A DNA stretch of 64,000 nucleotides from Kiritimatiellia bacterium (GTDB lineage Bacteria > Verrucomicrobiota > Kiritimatiellia > RFP12 > JBMNHG01): the NCBI GenBank assembly GCA_050950285.1, contig JBMNHG010000011.1, positions 248,001 through 312,000 of the forward strand, in the 5' to 3' direction. The notes beneath the pieces were generated by a model. The model was not told the DNA's origin. It was given only the letters and a program-made list of their open reading frames with translations, and did no database searches. A program made the position numbers and the translations under genes. Each line of letters starts with the position of its first letter. Position 1 is the stretch's first letter. Below are positions 59,579 to 64,000 of the stretch, piece after piece.

Positions 59579-61180
59579 ATGAAAAGGACCAACACCAGCA
59601 ACACGGCGGAAGCCGCGGCACCGCCACCCATGTTCGCCGTCATCGACATCGGCGCGACCTTCATACGGATGCTGATCGCCGAGAAGCACGGCGCCAGGGA
59701 GGCCTGTATCCTCGAGAAGGCCGTGCAGTCGGTGCCCATCGGGCGCGACATCGTCGCCGGGCGCCGCATCTCCAATGCCACCGTGGAGCAGTGCGCGCAG
59801 ATTCTCACGTCGTTCCGCAAGTTGCTCGACGAGTACGGCATCCCGCTGGAGTCGGTCACCGCCGTGGCCACGCCGACGCTCGGCAGGGCCGACAACAGCG
59901 CGGTCTTCCTCGACCGGCTGGCGAACACCTCGCAGATCGTCTTCCGCCTGCTCGATCCGGGGCAGATCGGCTACTACTACCATCTGGCGTTCCACACGCT
60001 CGGCAGGGGCAGGGGCGGCGACAGCTACGACAAGGGCGAGGCCGTGGTGCTCGAGATCGGCGGCCTGGCGTGCAGCATGCTGTGCCGCAAGGAGGGCGAG
60101 ATCCGCTTCGTGCAGACCTACAGCCTGGGCACGCTGCAGATGCGCCAGCAGATGGAGCAGGGCGATTTCCGGCCGCGGCAGCTCGTCGCGCTCGCCGACG
60201 GGCGCACGCACGAGATCGCCGAGCAGTTGCGCAACAACGTGGAGGACGTGAAGTCGTTCAAGCTGTTCCTCATGGGGCGCGAGATGCGCTTCGCGGGCGC
60301 GCGCCTGCGTCCCGGCAGGAACAACGCCGTCGAGCTCGATCCGGCTACCGGCGTCATCTCGGTCGCCGTGGACGAGCTCAACGCGCTGCTCAAGCAGATC
60401 GAGCAGGCTTCCACGGAGGAGATCGTGCGCGAGTGGCGCGTGACCTATCCGGACGCCGAACTGATCGCGCCGGCGCTGAGCATCGCCATCTCCGTGGCGC
60501 GCGCCGTGGGGCTCAAGTCGGTCTACATCAGCAGCCTCTCCTTCTGCCACGGACTGCTCGAGGAGGCCGTGGACGGCACGCCGTGGACCAGCACGATGCG
60601 CAAGCACGTGTTGCGCGTCGCCAGGGCCACGGGCCGGAAATACCAGCACGACGCCAACCACGCGGAACAGGTGACGAAGCTCGCGCTCCAGCTTTTCGAC
60701 ATGCTGCAGGAGGAGCACGGCTGCACGCAGCGCCACCGCCTGATCCTCGAGGTGGCCGCGCTACTGCACGACATCGGCATTTTCGTGAGCGCGAATTCCC
60801 ACCACATCCACACGATGTACCTGATCCGCAACACCGAGTTCGCGGGGCTCTCCTCGGAGGAGATCGAACTCATCGCCATTGTCGCGCGCTACCACCGCAA
60901 GTCCATGCCCAAGTCCAGCCATCCGGAGTACGCCGCGCTCCCGCCCGCGGACAGGCTGGTCGTCAGCAAGCTCGCCGCCATCCTGCGCGTGGCCGACGCG
61001 CTCGACCGCGTGCACGACCAGAGCCTCGGCAGGATCCGGTTCAAGCTCGACGAGACCTCGCTCGTCTGCATCCCCTCGCGCCGCGTGGCCACCAGCGCGG
61101 AGCAGGCGGCCCTGGCCGAGAAGGGCGACCTGTTCGAGGTGATGTACGGACGCCATTGCTACCTTTACAATCCGGAATAA
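59579..61180 (+). CDS. ppx: Ppx/GppA exopolyphosphatase with HD domain
   Basis: AVIDIG, EIGG, LLHDIG, ARYHRK and LRVADALD motifs; adjacent to ppk. Confidence 0.85.
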   Translation: MKRTNTSNTAEAAAPPPMFAVIDIGATFIRMLIAEKHGAREACILEKAVQSVPIGRDIVAGRRISNATVEQCAQILTSFRKLLDEYGIPLESVTAVATPTLGRADNSAVFLDRLANTSQIVFRLLDPGQIGYYYHLAFHTLGRGRGGDSYDKGEAVVLEIGGLACSMLCRKEGEIRFVQTYSLGTLQMRQQMEQGDFRPRQLVALADGRTHEIAEQLRNNVEDVKSFKLFLMGREMRFAGARLRPGRNNAVELDPATGVISVAVDELNALLKQIEQASTEEIVREWRVTYPDAELIAPALSIAISVARAVGLKSVYISSLSFCHGLLEEAVDGTPWTSTMRKHVLRVARATGRKYQHDANHAEQVTKLALQLFDMLQEEHGCTQRHRLILEVAALLHDIGIFVSANSHHIHTMYLIRNTEFAGLSSEEIELIAIVARYHRKSMPKSSHPEYAALPPADRLVVSKLAAILRVADALDRVHDQSLGRIRFKLDETSLVCIPSRRVATSAEQAALAEKGDLFEVMYGRHCYLYNPE

Positions 61181-61195
61181 CCTGACGGTGCCGCG

Positions 61196-63355
61196 ATGAA
61201 GACCAGGAAAAAGAAGAAATCCACGCCCACGCCGCCGGCCCCCCATGAGTTCCTGAACCGGGAACTCAGCTGGCTCGAGTTCAACCAGCGCGTGTTCCTC
61301 GAGGCCTGCAATCCGGCGGTGCCGCTGCTCGAGCGCCTCAAGTTCCTCTCCATCACCGGCTCGAACCTGGACGAGTTCTGCATGGTGCGCGTCGGCGGGC
61401 TCAAGCTGCTGGTGGCGGCCAACGTGCGCCGCACCGACCCCTCCGGCATGACGCCGCGCCAGCAGCTCGCCGCCGTCACGCGCCGCATGCGCACGATGGT
61501 GGCGGACCAGTACGGGCAGCTCGCCATCCTCTCGGGGGAGCTGGCCAAGCACGGCTTCGTCATCCAGGAGAGCGTGGCGGCCCTCGCCGACGAGCAGCGC
61601 GCATGGCTCGAGCGCGAGTTCACGGACAACATCTTCCCGCTCCTCTCGCCCGTCGCCGTGGGCGGGGAGCGTCCCTTCCGCCCGGCCGGGCTGCTGCTGC
61701 ACTGCGTGGCCATGCTCGCCCCCGCCGCGCCGGACGAGGCGCCGCGCATGGTCTTCATCCCGCTGGGGCCGAAACTCCCGCGCTTCATCCGGATCCCCGC
61801 CGCCGACGGCCGCGCCGTCTTCGTCCCCATCGAGCAGGTCGTGGCGTGGCAGATCTCCACGGTCGTGGAGGGCCAGCCGGTGCTCGAATGCGTGCCGTTC
61901 AGGGTCACGCGCAACGCCGATATCGAGCTGCGCGAGGATTTGTCGTCCGACCTGCTCGCAGGCATGCAGGAGCTGCTCGACGACCGCCGCGAGACGGAGT
62001 GCATCCGCCTCGAGATCCACAGCCGCGCCTCCCGCGCGCTCGTGGGCGCGATGAAACGGCAGCTTGACCTCGACCAGGCGGACGTCTATCTCGTGGACGG
62101 CCCCGTCGAGCTGCGCAGCCTCATGTCGATCGCCCAGACCGACGGTTTCGAAGACCTGCGCGACGAGCCGTGGGAGCCGGTCCCCTCGCCGGACGTGGAC
62201 ATCAAGGAGCCCATGTTCGAGCAGATCGCGAAGGGCGACATCCTGCTCGTACACCCTTATGAATCATTCGACCCCGTCGTGAAGTTCCTCAACGACGCCG
62301 CCGACGACCAGCAGGTGCTGGCGATCAAGCAGGTGCTCTACCGCACCGCCCCGCAGAGCGCGATCATCGAGGCGCTCATCCGCGCCGCGCAGGTCGGCAA
62401 GCACGTCACCGTGCTCATCGAGCTGAAGGCGCGCTTCGACGAGGCGCGCAACATCACGCAGGCGCGCCGGCTCGAGCTCGCGGGCGCGCACGTCGTCTAC
62501 GGCGTTCGCTCGCTCAAGACCCACGCGAAGATCTGCCTCGTCGTCCGGCGCGAGCCGCAGGGCATCGTGCGCTACGTGCATTTCGGCACCGGCAACTACA
62601 ACGAGAAAACCGCCACGCTCTACAGCGACGTCGGCCTCTTCACCTGCCGCAACGACTTCGGTGCCGATGCCTCGGACGTCTTCAACGCCATCACCGGCTA
62701 CTCCCAGCCGCAATCGCTGCGCCGCCTCGAGGTGGCCCCCTTCTCGATCCGCTCCGCCATCCTGGCCCTCATCGCCAACGAGGTCGAGCGCGCCCGCAAC
62801 CGCGAGAAGGCCGAGATCACGATGAAGATGAATTCGCTCAGCGACAAGGGCATCATCGCCGCCCTCTACGACGCCTCCCAGGCCGGCGTGAAGATCCGGC
62901 TCAACGTCCGCGGCATCTGCTGCCTCAAGCCGGGCGTCCCCGGCATGAGCGAGAACATCACCGTCGTGAGCATCGTGGACTACTACCTCGAGCACGCCCG
63001 CATCTTCCGCTTCCGCAACGGTGGCCGGAACGACCTCTACATCTCCAGCGCCGACATGATGACGCGCAACCTCGACAAGCGCATCGAGCTCATGATCCCC
63101 GTGCTCGCCCCCGGCCCGCGGAAAAAACTTCTCGCCACCCTCGATGTTTACTTTACCGACGGCGTGAAAGCGCGTACTCTTTGCGCGGACGGCGAGTACC
63201 GCCCTGTCGCCGCGCGCGGCAGGGAGAAACCTGTCAGGGCACAGGAAGAGCTCTACAGGCGGGCCAAAGCCGCCGCCAGCCTCAAGGAACAGACCAAACC
63301 CACGATGCTGGAACCCCACCGGAAACGCAACCCGCAAACGGACGTAAAACTTTGA
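61196..63355 (+). CDS. ppk1: Polyphosphate kinase 1
   Basis: [35 protein letters not shown] and [10 protein letters not shown] motifs. Confidence 0.97.
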   Translation: MKTRKKKKSTPTPPAPHEFLNRELSWLEFNQRVFLEACNPAVPLLERLKFLSITGSNLDEFCMVRVGGLKLLVAANVRRTDPSGMTPRQQLAAVTRRMRTMVADQYGQLAILSGELAKHGFVIQESVAALADEQRAWLEREFTDNIFPLLSPVAVGGERPFRPAGLLLHCVAMLAPAAPDEAPRMVFIPLGPKLPRFIRIPAADGRAVFVPIEQVVAWQISTVVEGQPVLECVPFRVTRNADIELREDLSSDLLAGMQELLDDRRETECIRLEIHSRASRALVGAMKRQLDLDQADVYLVDGPVELRSLMSIAQTDGFEDLRDEPWEPVPSPDVDIKEPMFEQIAKGDILLVHPYESFDPVVKFLNDAADDQQVLAIKQVLYRTAPQSAIIEALIRAAQVGKHVTVLIELKARFDEARNITQARRLELAGAHVVYGVRSLKTHAKICLVVRREPQGIVRYVHFGTGNYNEKTATLYSDVGLFTCRNDFGADASDVFNAITGYSQPQSLRRLEVAPFSIRSAILALIANEVERARNREKAEITMKMNSLSDKGIIAALYDASQAGVKIRLNVRGICCLKPGVPGMSENITVVSIVDYYLEHARIFRFRNGGRNDLYISSADMMTRNLDKRIELMIPVLAPGPRKKLLATLDVYFTDGVKARTLCADGEYRPVAARGREKPVRAQEELYRRAKAAASLKEQTKPTMLEPHRKRNPQTDVKL

Positions 63356-64000
63356 GCAACGACAACAAGAGACAAAACGGAAAAACGGTGCGCAGCATCG
63401 GCATCCTGACCGCAGGCGGAGACAGCCCGGGCCTCAACGCCGCCATCCGGGCGGTGGCCAAATCGGCCATGCACTACGGCATCCAGGCCGTCGGCTTCCT
63501 CGACGGCTTCCGCGGCCTCGTCGAAAACCGCTACATAGCGCTCGACGACCGCACCGTGAGCGGCATCATCACGCTGGGTGGCACGATTCTCGGCTCCAAC
63601 CGCGACAAGCCGCACAAGATGGACATGGGCGGCACCATCATGGACATGACCGACGTCGCCGTCGCCAACGCAAAAAAGCTCAACCTCGACTGCCTCGTCT
63701 GCCTCGGAGGCAACGGCACGCAGAAGAACGCCTACCGCCTCTCGCAAAAGGGCCTCGACGTCATCACGCTGCCGAAGACGATCGACAACGACGTCGCCCT
63801 CACCGACACCTGCTTCGGCTACGACACCGCCAAGTCCATCGCCACCGAGGCGATCGACCGCCTGCACACCACCGCCAGCAGCCACCACCGCATCATCGCC
63901 GTGGAAATCATGGGCCATTCCGCCGGCTGGCTGGCGCTTGGCGCCGGCATCGCGGGCGGCGCCGACGTCGATCCTGATCCCGGAAATCCCCTACGACATC
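63352..64000 (+). CDS. pfkA: 6-phosphofructokinase (PfkA family), partial at window edge; possible +1 indel near 63970
   Basis: TTG start overlapping the ppk stop. [38 protein letters not shown] and EIMGH motifs. Confidence 0.93.
   Translation, partial: MSNDNKRQNGKTVRSIGILTAGGDSPGLNAAIRAVAKSAMHYGIQAVGFLDGFRGLVENRYIALDDRTVSGIITLGGTILGSNRDKPHKMDMGGTIMDMTDVAVANAKKLNLDCLVCLGGNGTQKNAYRLSQKGLDVITLPKTIDNDVALTDTCFGYDTAKSIATEAIDRLHTTASSHHRIIAVEIMGHSAGWLALGAGIAGGADVDPDPGNPLRH

Overview
GC-rich (about 68-70% by eye) bacterial chromosome segment. Gene content and style suggest the PVC superphylum, most plausibly Kiritimatiellae or Lentisphaerae (inference). Most of the window is housekeeping and carbohydrate metabolism: dinB, apgM, recJ, rnr, ribH-nusB-ribD, pgi, mreBCD-mrdA-rodA-rng-lptD-gspG, rlmN, htrA, ppx-ppk1-pfkA, GH28/GH2/GH42 hydrolases, a sialate O-acetylesterase and a hexokinase. 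The standout is a candidate polymorphic toxin system built on secreted DxDxDG Ca-binding-repeat proteins. At 48.4-53.8 kb, two head-less cassettes share a conserved ~335-bp module that ends at KCEDR(V/I)RLTVIKV. Each then switches to a different AT-richer C-terminal domain with permuted papain-like His...Cys motifs, and each is followed by a tightly linked gene with a signal-like N-terminus (candidate immunity). The block is bracketed by a 98%-identical 100-bp direct repeat. A near full-length relative with a signal peptide, 21 Ca-binding repeats and an alpha/beta-hydrolase tip lies at 10.3-15.9 kb. Also seen: a (GGGGY)n intergenic tract, several probable leaderless genes, a REP-like doublet, a 3x23-bp tandem repeat, and several single-base indels that look like long-read assembly errors. 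No rRNA, tRNA, CRISPR array, transposase or integrase was recognised.
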